Assembly: GCA_000388065.2 (NCBI GenBank)
Contig: KB932204.1
DNA length: 64,000 bases
From: Fonticula alba ATCC 38817
Taxonomy: Eukaryota > Protista > Nucleariida
Strand: one strand, 5' to 3'
The notes under the pieces were generated by a model. The model was not told where the DNA came from. It was given only the letters and a program-made list of their open reading frames with translations, and ran no database searches. The position numbers and the translations under genes were made by a program. This document shows, piece by piece, positions 45,742-57,988 of the stretch (the stretch's first letter is position 1; every line of letters begins with the position of its first letter).

Positions 45742-47759
45742 ATGACAGCCGTCCCCGATCCTTCTGTTTCGGTGACCAACTCGACCCCCGGGTCGCCCTC
45801 GCTGGATAATTCCACTGACTACCCGGTGCAGAACCGCGTGTCCTGGACGCCGGAGAAGGACCGCCGCATCGTGGAGATGATCATCCAGCGTGTTAAGGAG
45901 CAGCGCCGTACTCAGGCCACTCTGCCCATCTACAAGGAGGTCGCCGAGGCGGTGGACTTCCCTTGCACTCCGTCGGCCATTCGCAACCGCATCTCCGATG
46001 TGCGTGACCTCCGCCAATGTCACCGCCATCGCTGCATCGCAACGTGGCTCCCTCCTCTGGATGGGCTGTGATCGCGCCTGTCGATATGCCCTTGGCGTTT
46101 TGCCTCTTCCCCTCATCGCGGCTTGTACTAACTCCCGTCCGCCAACCTGGTCCCCTCCCCCCCCTCTCCCCTCCCGGTTTAGCTCAAGTACATCTACATG
46201 GAGGCCATCTACCTGGTGCGGGATCAGAAGTTCCGCTTCGATCCGCATACCCTGCGCTTCGGTGAAAGCGAGTCCCGCTGGTCCGAGGAGCTTAAGGTAT
46301 GTTGGCCATATTCCCCCTCGCCCATCCACCATGCTTCTGTTGGGCTGTGTGCCTGCTCCAACCGGGCGGGGGAGCATGCCTCCGTGTCCTTCACCCACAT
46401 GGTCCTTCTCTGATACTCGGTCCTGACATTCTTTGTTGCCCCTCTCCACCTTCCGCACGCACTCCAATGCCAACACACCACCTGCCCGCCGGCACTACCC
46501 ACGCCAGCAGAAGGATGGCCCCAACAACCCGTCACTCTTCCGCCGGAAGCGCATCTCCAAGGACCGCGACCAGTCCCGGAACTATGGCCCGAAGCGCATC
46601 ATGAGCCTCAAGTACTTGAAGAACCATCCCTTCGAGGCGGCCATCGCCCTCGGCCAGTACCTGCGCTTGAATGGCGATCACGACCTCAAGCCCCTGGTGG
46701 CGGATGACATTGCCCAGAACATTGAGTTCCCCACGAACGCCAGCTTCGCCAAGGGCGCGCGGGTGGGCACCCTCGGGGTCCCGGCCGGCGCGGAGGATGT
46801 CCTGGCCCTGGCCGGGCAGCCGCATCCGGACTTCCTCCGCGATCACCCGGGGGCCGGTGCTCCTGGGGTGGCCATGCCGCCGCATGGGATGGGTGGGCAC
46901 CCTCGGGGTCCCGGCCGGCGCGGAGGATGTCCTGGCCCTGGCCGGGCAGCCGCATCCGGACTTCCTCCGCGATCACCCGGGGGCCGGTGCTCCTGGGGTG
47001 GCCATGCCGCCGCATGGGATGCCCTCAATGCCGCCTGGGGCGCCGGTGGTGGGCCAGGGCGATGCCGGGGTCGGGTCGGCTGCCGCCGCCGCCGCCGCTG
47101 CCCAATCCCAATCCTACATGTATTCGCCCTTCCACCCGATGTACCTGCCGGGGATCGGCCAGCATCCGATGCATCCGAGCACGCCGCTGCATGGGTCCGG
47201 CAATCCCGGGCTTGTGGGGAACTCCCCGGCCGGAGCTTTTGCTGCTTCCCTGGGCCATGGGGCTGCCTCGACACCGGGCTTCCCGCATCCGATGAGCATG
47301 TTCCCCTCGCCATCCGGGGTGGGCATCCCTCAGCATGTGCCGGCGACCACGTCTCCTGCGGCCGCTGCCGCGGCTGCCGCGGCCGCGGCCGCTGTCGTCG
47401 CCGTCCCGGAGGTCCCGAGCCTGGCCACCCTCCTGATGAAGCTGCGGGAGATCCTGCTTGTCAAGCGGGTGACCCTGCCGGAGGAGATGCTTCAGAAGGG
47501 CATCAACAATCCCTCGAAGCTCCTGGGCATCACGGCCAGCCTGATCAATGAGGACCCCAACCACAAGGTTATCATTTCCTCGCTGGCCGACGACACCGAG
47601 GCCCTCCTGTCCTACCTGTCTACGGTGGTCCCGGCACAGGCGGTTACTGGGACCCCGTCGACCCCGAAGAACCCTGGTGTCCCGGCCGGGGACCTTTCCT
47701 CTGTTGAGTCCCCCCCGGCCACGCCCCTCTCGGCCAAGACGACCACCGCCTCGTCGTAG
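45742..47759 (+). CDS. Myb/SANT-like (trihelix/MADF-type) DNA-binding protein; frame broken by a 130-bp duplication
   Basis: Exons 45742-45999, 46183-46296 and 46508 onward give VSWTPEKDRRIVEMII...YKEVAEAVDFPCTPSAIRNRISDLKYIY, followed by a basic NLS-like FRRKRISK. Removing one repeat copy restores a single frame to the TAG at 47759. Confidence 0.7.
46761..47020 (+). repeat. Perfect 130-bp tandem duplication within coding sequence
   Basis: 46761-46890 is identical to 46891-47020, and the period is not a multiple of 3. Confidence 0.95.
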
Positions 47760-48391
47760 AAGTGGCGGCACTCACAGGATTGGGGCCTCCTGATGCCGGT
47801 TGGCTGTGTTGCCTCCTCTTCCTGCGCCCCTTTCCCATAGGCGCGTGCATGAATGGGGGGAGGTACATCGCAAGGTGTGACCTCCCTTCCTTGTTCGCTG
47901 TCTTGACGTGGTGGATGTGCACGCTGGATGTGCGCACCCTCCCCCTCCCCTGCGCCCCCTTCAGCATGGGGGCCCGGAGTCTGGGGCAGCTTGGAGGGGC
48001 CAGACTGCGAGAGATAGATCCAGAGCCAGGGGAACCAGGGGGTAGGAGGTTTCCTTCTCTCTTTCTTTCTTTCTTTCTCTTTCTCTCTCTCTCTCTCTCT
48101 CCTTCCCTCTGTGAAGTCCCTTGCCATCTGTCCTTGCTTCCTCTACCCGACATGTGACGGGAGGAGCGAGTCATGTCGGTTGTATTGCGCGCTTCTCGCC
48201 TTGTTGAGATGCTCGTCGTGCTGGTCTCCATGTCTTTCTCTCTCTCTCTCTCTCTCTCTTGCCCGCTGCCTCTCTGCTCGGCCCCTGCTCCCTGATATCC
48301 TCTCTGCCCTTGTTTCTATAATTCCTCAAAATACATATAAAGTTCATGTTGGATGGGCGTCTGCCGGGTTATTTCGCACCCCCGTAGGTCG

Positions 48392-48454
<63 letters not shown>

Positions 48455-48661
48455 CGTGCGTGCGTGTGTGTGTGTGCGTGCGCTCGCGCAAGGAGGTATC
48501 GAGAAAGAGGCGGGCAAGATGCATCCCGCTGCCCATCAGGCCCGAGGAGGCATCCACACGACAAGATATCACCACCTCAGCACAGGCTTGAATGCGCTTC
48601 TGATACATACTCACAGGCGGGGGGAAGGAGGTACATGTATTTGCCTGGGGGCATGCACGAA

Positions 48662-50491
48662 CTACACTTGCCGGTCATCTGGTGGTGCATCCATGGTACC
48701 CCATGGCGCTGGAGGGTGAGCAGAGCCCGGCGGCGGTGACGTTGCACGGTCCCGGTGTTGTGGCCTGGCGGCAGTGGCAGGACCGGCAACAGAGGCGTAA
48801 TGCACCGGCAGGGGGGGTGTATGATGGTGATAGTAGCCACTGTGGAGCTGCTGCGCATGTTGGTAGTGGCCATAACCCGGATGGCGGAGGAGGGGGTGGT
48901 GATGGGGATGGTGATGCGGTGCTCCGGACAAGTAGCGTCCCATGGTTGTTGGCAAGTGGCTTGATGGGTCTCCCAGGGCGGATGGAGCGCCGGCTGTTGC
49001 CACCGGTGCCGCCGCGGAGGGCGGTACGCTCGAAGCCACTGTTGAGACTGGGGCCGGGACCGGGCCTGGGGCTGGGACCGGGTCCGAGACCGGGGCCGGG
49101 GCCGGGGCCGGGGCCGGGTCCGAGACCGGGACCGGGGCTGAGGAAGGTAGCGGGACCGATACCGAGGGGCGCTGCAGAGCCGAGGCCCCATCGTCCAGAG
49201 GAATGGACGAATCCGGCACCAATGGCGGGTAAAGTAATCCCGAGGCAGGCCACTCGGCCACAGCTGCTGCCCCGAACTCCGCCTTCAGGCGATCCGTCTG
49301 GAAGGTGTAATTCTGCAGCATGGCCAGGTGCCCGAGAAGGATTTGCTGCTGGGACTGCTGCGTCCGAAGCTGGGTCTGGAGCTGGCTGATTTGGTACTCG
49401 TGCAACTCGCACTTGGACATGTATCGAAAGGAACATGCCGCACCGGGGGAGGGGGGCGCACCGGCGGGCGGGGCGTCCGGGACGCTGGAGGGTGCCAGTC
49501 GACTGGCCGGAGAGGGAGGCCTTCCAAACTGCCCTTGTGTCGGGGGCCAGGCCGCCTGCGATGGCACCGGCTGCCAAGAGGATGCCGGAGCACCCGATTC
49601 AATACCCAAGGCGGCCAGGCGACTGCGCAGGAGTTGGGCATCGAAAGCTTGAGCAGCCTGCTTGCGCAGGTGATGGGAGTAGCGTGGTGCATGGCCGTCG
49701 GCAGACGAGACGCCCGGACCCGTCGCAGACCAGGGGCGAGATGCTTGTTGTTGCTGTTGCTGCTGTTGTTGTTGTTGTTGTTGTTGCTGCTGCTGCTGCT
49801 GTGGTTGGGGGGCATTGGCGGTGGCGGTAGCAGTGGTAGATGTAACGGTAGCCTCGCCAGAGGCGGTTGCAGTGGTGGCGGTTGCAGTGGTGGCGGTAGC
49901 GGTGGTCGCGGTGGTCGAGGGGGTGGCCTCGGGTTGGTCGGACGAGGAGGAGGATGCAGACGCGGTGGCGGTTGTAGCGGTAGAGGGAGCGGTGGCTGGG
50001 GGTTGGTCCGAGCCCGGAGCAGAGTCGGTGGTAGTGGCGGTGGCAGCGGCGGCGGCGGCGGCGGTGGTGGTTGTCGTAGTGGTGGTGGTAGTTGCAGGAG
50101 GAGAGGAGGTCGATGCGCTGGCGGACGCTGTGGTTGAGGCGGATGCAGATGTTGTGGCACTTTTCGATGCCGAGGTCACAGCTGGCGCCGGGGAGAAGCT
50201 CACCGGGGCGAAGGAGAAGTGATCGGGCGGCTGGATGTCTGCACTTTCAGCCACCGGGAGTGTTGAGCATGAGCATGGAGCAAAGAGTTGCTGTCGGACA
50301 GCAGCACTTGTGGACACCCGCCGAAGTTTTTGGGCTAGTTGGTCAACCTTGGTGAAGGTATGTCGGCGGTTGGTAGGTAGGAGGAGGCGCGGCCGAGGGC
50401 AATACACCGAGGTGCATGGAAAAGGGATATGCGTAAGTGTGCGCACGTGCGCTTGAGGCGGAGTGGGAGAGGGATGGGTGTATGTGTATGC

Positions 50492-50527
<36 letters not shown>

Positions 50528-51075
50528 AGGGGGGGGGGGCGAGATAGCGAAAGGGGTCGTACCTTATGCTGAAGATCAGTGGAGCGTAGCCTTTCTTCCG
50601 AGAGGCTCTGCACGCCGGCATTCCCGTCCGCGGCGCCATGACAGCAAGAGAAAGGAAGAGGGCATGTATGTTAGATAGCCGCAGGCGATGGGATTCCTCC
50701 CTCCCCCCCTCCCCGGCGGCAGCGACCCGGTCGCAGAACGCACACGAAGTAGATGGTCATTTTGGAGCTTGACTGGTGTCAGGAGGGGAGAGTAAGGAGT
50801 CGGAGAGGACACGCGCGAGGGGTGACTGTGACAAGGGCTGCGTGCGCACCTGTCCGATAAAGGGAGCCAGCCATCACGAGTTCATTTTCGAGGGAAGCTA
50901 TCCGGCTCTCGAAGACGGCCTATATGTGGAGATGGATGACGTCGGGGTGGACATGGTCAGAGATGCATGTGGGTGGGGGTACATGGAAGAGGAGCCAGAG
51001 GAGGAGTGGGCATGTGCCACTGCCAGGGAAGGAGAGGCGCGGCGGGTGGGAACGAACATAATCGGAGGCAGCCAT
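48662..51075 (-). CDS. Hypothetical coiled-coil protein with polyQ, poly-T/A and PA-rich low-complexity regions; 5 exons
   Basis: Exons 51075-51058, 50919-50850, 50772-50744, 50607-50563 and 50347-48662 join in phase through GT-AG introns. The N-terminus is MAASDYAVFESRIASLENELVMAGSLYRTVKLQNDHLLRSLSEERLRSTDLQHKVDQLAQKLRR. Confidence 0.6.
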
Positions 51076-52436
51076 CGCCGGTGGGGAGAGCAGGGACCGG
51101 GATAAGGGGAAGGGGGGCGGGGGAAATGGACAACGTCGTCGTCGTCGTCGTCGTCGTCGGCAGCGGCGGCGGCGGCGGCGGCGGTAATGGGGAGAGTGGG
51201 TGCGAGAGCGATGAGAGTGACGGGGGGTGGAGGGGGGGGGGGGGGGTGCTCTCTAGGAGATTCCCAACCCGGTGGCAGCGCAGTAGGGGATGAATATTGC
51301 CGTCGGAGTGGCTGGGCCTTTGTCGACCCTTCCCTGGCCTCTCAGCGAGGCGGACGTTCACCCGGACCAGGGGTGGTGCATGCGTGTCGGTGGAAGCTCG
51401 CCAGGGGCAACACTAGCCCCACAGTCCTGGTACGCCCGGGGTGTGTGCGTGTGGGGGGGGGGGAGGGGGGTGGGACTCACGCTTGCGTATGTGCCCGCGC
51501 CCGCGTCTGTCTCTGTTGGGGCGCACCTCGGGGCTTCTCGGCGCGCCAGCCAGGCTCGCGATTGGCAGCGGCCAGCAGGCCTGTTGGCGGCCTGCCCGCC
51601 GGGCCCCATCGTTGGCAAGAGAGTTGGTGGTCGATTGTTTTCGCTGTCCTCCCCCCCCTCTGGGGTCGAGTCCCGGCATGTGCCCGGTGGCGAGATCGCA
51701 GACTGCCCGCCAGGCGGTTCTCCCCTCCGGGGGAGCAATTCTGCGAAAGGGGAGTGCGCGGGTCTCGCCCATGGTCGAAGAGCGGATCTGGCGTTTACTA
51801 CCACGGGGCAGAGGATCTCCCGGGCCAGATTTTTCGTCCTGCCCTGGCCACCCCCCTCGAATCCGTAATTGGAGAATAGCACCGGACACTCTGCGCCTGG
51901 CCTCGAGAGATCGTCGTCTGGTGCCCCCCCCCCCCCCCGCCCGTTCGCAGGAGCTTGGCAGCAAAAGGGAACGGCAGGGGCTGGATCGGATAGTGCCGGC
52001 AACCCATCCGGACAGCTCCAGGTGCGTGCACTCGAACAAAAGCAAGCGCCGTGCTCCCCGTCAGGGCATTGCCCCTGCGTTGACACATCGCACACACGCG
52101 CCCCCGCACGCGCGCGCGCAACGTGCGCCATTAACCGAATGCGCGCTCCCGATCGAGAGCTATTAACTCGATGGTCGTGTGATACACTCGCGTCAGTTGA
52201 CGGCCGGACGGCCCCGGCGACTGGCCCCAGGCCCACTGATGGGCCGGCGGCCCCTGGGGACTTGCGAACATCCATGCCCATCCAGAGCAACTTTTCCTCG
52301 CTTCCCTCCTGTTTTCCCCTCCTGCCACTTCCTGGCGATCGCCCTCTCGCCCTCCCTCCCTCCATCCCCCCCCCCCNNNNNNNNNNNNNNNNNNNNNNNN
52401 NNNNNNNNNNNNNNNNNNNNNNNNNNNNNNNNNNNN

Positions 52437-53004
52437 CACCTCATCCCTCTTCCTGGCGTGCCTGCTGGTGCTATCGGTCGTGGCCTCGGTCCTTGGGCAT
52501 GACCATGCCGCCGGCGATGCTCTGCACGCGGATATCGTTCACCATGCCTCGATCCTCGGGGCTGATGAGACGGAGCTTCTCTCCGAGAACCCGGGAGTCG
52601 TGTTCTTCATGGTTCACGACTTTGATTCGGACGGGTACGCACTTGCGTGTTACGGGCGAGACCTCGCATGTTCCCTCTTTTCTTCCTGCTTCTCTTTCTT
52701 TGTCTCTCGCTCCTTGTGCCCCCCCCCCCCCACCAACAACTTTCCCACTCACACCTCCTCTCGCCAATGCGTACGCGGTATTTGGCACGCTATTAGCTTC
52801 CTCGACAGCCATGAGTTCCGTGCGGCCATCGCCGACCTGATCGACATTCGTTCAATGAGTCTCTCGCAACTGAATCAGTTGGTCGAGTCGCATCTCAACA
52901 AGGCTGACCGCGACTACGATGGGCGCCTGTCCTTCGAAGAGTACATCACCTCCGAGTTCCATGAGGTGTTTGTCCTGGCTCCGAAGTCCGGCAAGAGCAA
53001 CTGA
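52437..53004 (+). CDS. MCFD2: MCFD2-like secretory-pathway two-EF-hand protein; the start codon is probably in the gap
   Basis: Signal peptide remnant SSLFLACLLVLSVVASVLG. Intron 52635-52796 joins EF1 FFMVHDFDSDGFLDSHEF, and EF2 is HLNKADRDYDGRLSFEEY. The layout matches the MCFD2 family. Confidence 0.65.
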
Positions 53005-53154
53005 TGCCCCCCCCCCCCACTTCCCCCTCCCCCGCTCGCGACCACATGTCGGGCCACTGTTCCCTTCTTTGGGTGGCTCGGCCTGGGACTGTGCCCGGTC
53101 TCCCCCTCCTGCTGCCCGGTGGTCGTGAGTGGGGGACAAATACATCGTATTGTC

Positions 53155-53189
<35 letters not shown>

Positions 53190-53369
53190 GTTTGGCCCGG
53201 CTCCCCTCCCCCCCTCACATGTACTGGCTGCTTTTGCTTATTCTTCGGGCTGCCATGTGTATTGGCCCGGCTGTCCTCCTGACGGGGATGAATGAGCGGG
53301 CGTGGCTGTACCTCATGTGCACCAGAGGCGCATACGTCTATCTCGCACGCCGATGCGCGACCGGCCAAA

Positions 53370-54020
53370 TCACTTCAAGCCAGCTGCATGGGTGCGCACG
53401 GTGGACAAAAGGGTGGCGAAGGACCCGCGGCCAGCAGCGGTGCCAGCCGGCGGGAGGTTGAGCAGGGCAATGTCGCGCGCGGCCTTGGCATCCTCGGCCG
53501 AGTCGTGTCCATCCGCACCGGACTGCTGGATCTGACGATTGAGCAGGGAGCTGGTGATGACGCGCAGGCCCTGCTTGTAGTGGCGCTGATTGAAGGGGAT
53601 GTTCGGATGGAGGGAGAACTGCCTAGAGGGGGTCCCCCCCCGGCGAACGGGGTTCTGCGTCATGATGGACGTGTCAACCACCAGGTCATAGCCAATCCGA
53701 AGGCTGGTCAAGTCACTGTCCAGCGAGTGTCCAATGAGGACCGTATAGCCGGGGGTGATCAACCGGGCCAGATCCGCCTGGACCACGGCCAGTGAACTGC
53801 GAATCGGCAACCCCAGACGAGGAGAGAAGAATCCCTCCGAAAAGTCGGTTTCCATGACGCCAGACAGGGATGTCTGATAGTCATAAACACGGCCCTGTGT
53901 CCCGTTCGCCATCCCCGGAAGGTGTAAGTCAACAGTGGCAGGGGTGGCAGGAGTGGTAGGTGGCATCGGGTGGATTTGTTGGCGTAAGGGTCAATATAAT
54001 ATGCATATGGAAACATGAAC

Positions 54021-54055
<35 letters not shown>

Positions 54056-54770
54056 AAAATGCATGCACTTGCCGAAGAAGCACGAAGGGGACTTCAGCTT
54101 TGGCGTACCATCGGCCGGACGAGCACATCATACACCACCTCATCCGAAGTGCAGACGGCCGTCACGCGGACCGCCTGGACCCCGTACTCGGTGCTGACCA
54201 TCTCACAGTCGATGGCCAGCAGGGGGTAGCACACTGGGAAGCGGATAAACCGCTCCGGCGGGACCTCGCCCGGCTGTAGCGGGATCTCGCCGACCGGAGA
54301 AAAGGGAGCTCCAGTCACATCGGCCCAAAGGAGAGAGGGGGATTCGGCGGAGACACCAGCCGAGGGGGTAATGGCATGGGCCTTGATATGGACTTGCCGC
54401 TGGCCCGGTCGGCCGAGCCACACAAAGGGGATCGGCGGCATGAGGGCCACCTCGGATAGGCTGCGGGCCCGGAAGACATGGGGACCGGTGGCACATGGAG
54501 GCGAGGTGGAGGACTTCCCACAGCATGGCCGGACCATGTCGAAGTTCATGCGCATCGGCCGGCGGGGGTGATGCCGGCATGCGTTCGATGAGGGCTGATT
54601 GTCTGGGTCATCGGGCGAGAAGGGCATTTGGCACCGGTCACAGGCGCGTTTGGCGGCCAACAGGCGAGTGACTTTGTGTGTGTGGGTGAAAGAGGAGGAG
54701 CAGAGGGAGGACGAAAGGCAGGGAGAGGTAAGTCAAGGACCAAGTCAGACAAGGGGAGCTTTTGTTGATG

Positions 54771-54811
<41 letters not shown>

Positions 54812-55529
54812 ACAGGCCACGCACTGAGATTCTCGCCCTTGGTGAGAATGGTGTTGAGGTAGTCGCAGTCCATGGGGAAGGCATTGGACGCCAGGATCAG
54901 GTCCGAGTGAGCACGGCCAAGTAGAGCGGCATGATTGATCGACCGGATGTGCCCCGGGAAGAGAGGCCCATTGTGCATGATGGTGGTGTATGCGGCGCCG
55001 AAGCTGCTGCCGGCCATCTCGGGCGGGCTCAAGTAGGAGGTGGGAAAGGTGAGCGCCTGTGGATGGTTGGCCTTTGCGGTGTCGAGTGGGGCTGCCGCGT
55101 CGAAAAGAGCCCCAGCGCAGAGGGTATAGTAGAGCCGGAGGAGGTCCATAGCCTGGCGCGCAGGAACGGTCCCCTGCGAGCGGAACCCCCCGAAAACGAT
55201 GTGGTAGTTGCAAAGCTCCACCAATTGGGCAATTCGCCGAGCGGCGTAGTGGGGCTCGGCATCGGCGATCGATCCGAAGACTGCCCAATCCACTTCGGGC
55301 GACAGGGCATTCGGCCCGGACGCCTGGAGGATGTCGATCAAGGTGACACTACGCTCCTTCCAGGCGGCCAGGCGGGCTGGATCATCGAAGGATGTCAGCA
55401 AAGACTGGTGCAGGGAGTTTACGACGGCCACCTTGGCCTCGGTGATGTATTCGGAGAGGGGATTGGCCGGGAGGGGCATGACGGCCTGCAACTAGGGTCA
55501 ATATGGGAAAGGTGTATGTATGTATCTGT

Positions 55530-55567
<38 letters not shown>

Positions 55568-55702
55568 CTGTATGCAGGTGCCCGGTTGGACACTTACAGT
55601 CAGGTACACCTGTGTGCAGTGATGCACACAGCCATATACACGAAGTCAAGAGGAGGCACGTACCGGGGAAGAGCCCTCCGGGGAGGTAAACATGGCGTTC
55701 AT
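53370..55702 (-). CDS. REXO1: DEDDh RNA exonuclease, REXO1/Rex3-like; multi-exon
   Basis: Pre-catalytic CRHH...PCC...PC..GPHVF, then ExoI LLAIDCEMVST, YQTSLSGV, LIGHSLDSDL, VVDTSIM and ExoIII GHDSAEDAKAA. The probable first exon is 55702-55664 (MNAMFTSPEGSSP). Confidence 0.82.
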
Positions 55703-56257
55703 TCTCAACGCAAGAGCACGGAAGGCTCTGGTGTGGAAGAGGCGAAGGACAGGTATTGGGTCGTGAAGAGGAGGCTGGGGCTAAGAATCGACAATGGCAG
55801 GGCAAGGGTGAGGAGGCAGGCAGGCAGGCAGGAGAGAGCATGAACCGCGGGAATGGCCCGAGGGTGGTGCCTGGCTGGAAGCAGAAGAAGGCACGCCGGG
55901 CAGCAGGGACGCGGGCTGGCGATCCGCGGCCCGCAGGGCAGAGGTGGCTATCGGTCGTCCTTGGGGAAGATTGCTGGGTGAGAGCCGCTTGCGCCGGGCA
56001 CATGGGCCTGCGGAACGCGGGCCCCCGATCCCCCCCCCCCCCCCCCCCTCCGCCCCATCGCCGAGTCCGCCGCGACCAAACACAAAGCCTGCCACGCAGG
56101 AGCGGGCGAAGTGCCGACGCATCTCAAAGGCGAGGCGATAATGGCATTATTATTAGACTGCCGACGCATGGGCATATACCAATCCTCGATGGCAGTTTCC
56201 CGCGTAATTTTCCCCACTGCACTGCCGCCACTTGGTTTGTGCTTGTCCGGAGGACTC

Positions 56258-56299
<42 letters not shown>

Positions 56300-56923
56300 T
56301 CTCTCTTGGGGAAGGGGCAGGCTCTCCTCGCCCCCCCGGGGACTGGAAGCTAGGGGATCAACGGGCGGGAGGAGGCGCGATGGTGGTGGGGCTCGGAACG
56401 CGACAACCGGCTGTTGCTGGCAGGGCATAAAATCTCTGGCGGTTGTGCCCGGTGGCTGTTGGGCATGTGCGCGTGGCCAGCCCCACTGCTGGAGGGTGAG
56501 CATGCTCACCCTCAACACCACCACACGGGGCTGTCTGCAACCCACGGGAAGTTCCCGGGGGNNNNNNNNNNGGGGGGCTGCTAGCTCTTCCGAATAGGCT
56601 CTAGCGTCCGGCGGTTGGCGCCCAAACGGGTCGGTGGCGGTGGTGGTGGTGACAGCGAAACACATTCACACACACACACACACACACGTACGTACACCAG
56701 TGTACATTCAAACGGGGGAGGTCAGAGCGCCCCCGCCACGCGAGTGGCATGTCCCTGCGCCACCTCCCTTCCCTTCTCCCTCGTCCTCGCGCTACCTCCC
56801 TCTTTCCCCCCCTGTTTCCCCCTTCATCCTTTCCTTGCCTTCTGTTCCTTCCCCCGCTTGCCCTCTCCCGGGAGGAAGTCTTCCCTCCCCTTCCGGCTGC
56901 GCCCTGCGCCCTGCTGTTGCCGG

Positions 56924-57952
56924 ATGCGCTTCTCGCTTGCCCCTGCGGCGGCCAGGCCGGCCGCTGATGCGCCGTCGGCCAGTGCTGGCGCCGATCGCAG
57001 CGCCATTGACCTGGTCTTCCCGAGCGCTTCGCTCGACTCGGCCGGGCAGATCGAGCTCCTGGCCGATACGGCGGCCCTCCTCACCGAGGGCGCCATCGCC
57101 AAGCTCCTTCGGACCCCGGCTGACCGGGCGTACTTCTTGGAGTCTCTCTGCCGGCAGGTCAAGCGCTTCTCCACCCCCGGTGCTGGCTCCTCGATGGTAG
57201 GTTCATGTCTTGGCGACCATTTGCCCCAGGTCTTTTGCCTGGCCTCTCTTTTCCACTGGTCGGGAGTGGCCACTCACTCTTTCCTGTGCTCGCTCCTCCT
57301 CCTGTCTCTGTTCCTGTCTCTTGCCCTCTTTCCGCCTGGTACAGGCCACTCTCGATCGGATGCGAGCTCTTCAGAGCCTGCTTACCACCGCCACTTGCTT
57401 CTTTTACGAGTTCCCGACCGCTTCCATCTACGACGTGGTTCCCTTCATCAAGGCAATTGCGGTACCTCCCTTCTGCCTGCCTGCCTGCCTGCCACGCGCG
57501 CGCACACACACACACACACACATCTCTTTCCGCCATTGGCCTTCATTGTAAATGCCTCCGGCCACCTGACCACGCCATTCCCCTTTCCCCATGTCCCCCC
57601 CCCCCCCGGCGCAGGACATCCCATTCCTCCGGAACATCGACCCGCTGAGCTTCACTTCTCTGGAGGAGGAGCGTGGTGCTGGTGCCACGGACGCCGGCGG
57701 CGCCCTCACCTCCGAGGAGCTGAAGCTGCAGATCCAATTCCGCCTGGCGGCGGTGACTGCTCTGCTGGCCTGCCTGGCTTTGGCCCGGGCGGCGGATGAT
57801 ATCTCCCATGTCTTCCCCTCGCCGCTGGGCGCGGAGTTTTGCCAACTGGCGGCCACGCTGGAGTCGTTGTCGAACACGTCGTCGCTCTTTGGCTCGGTCA
57901 TGCTCGCCTGGGCGGCCATGCTTTGTGTGTTGGTGCGTGTGCCTATCCCCCC

Positions 57953-57988
<36 letters not shown>

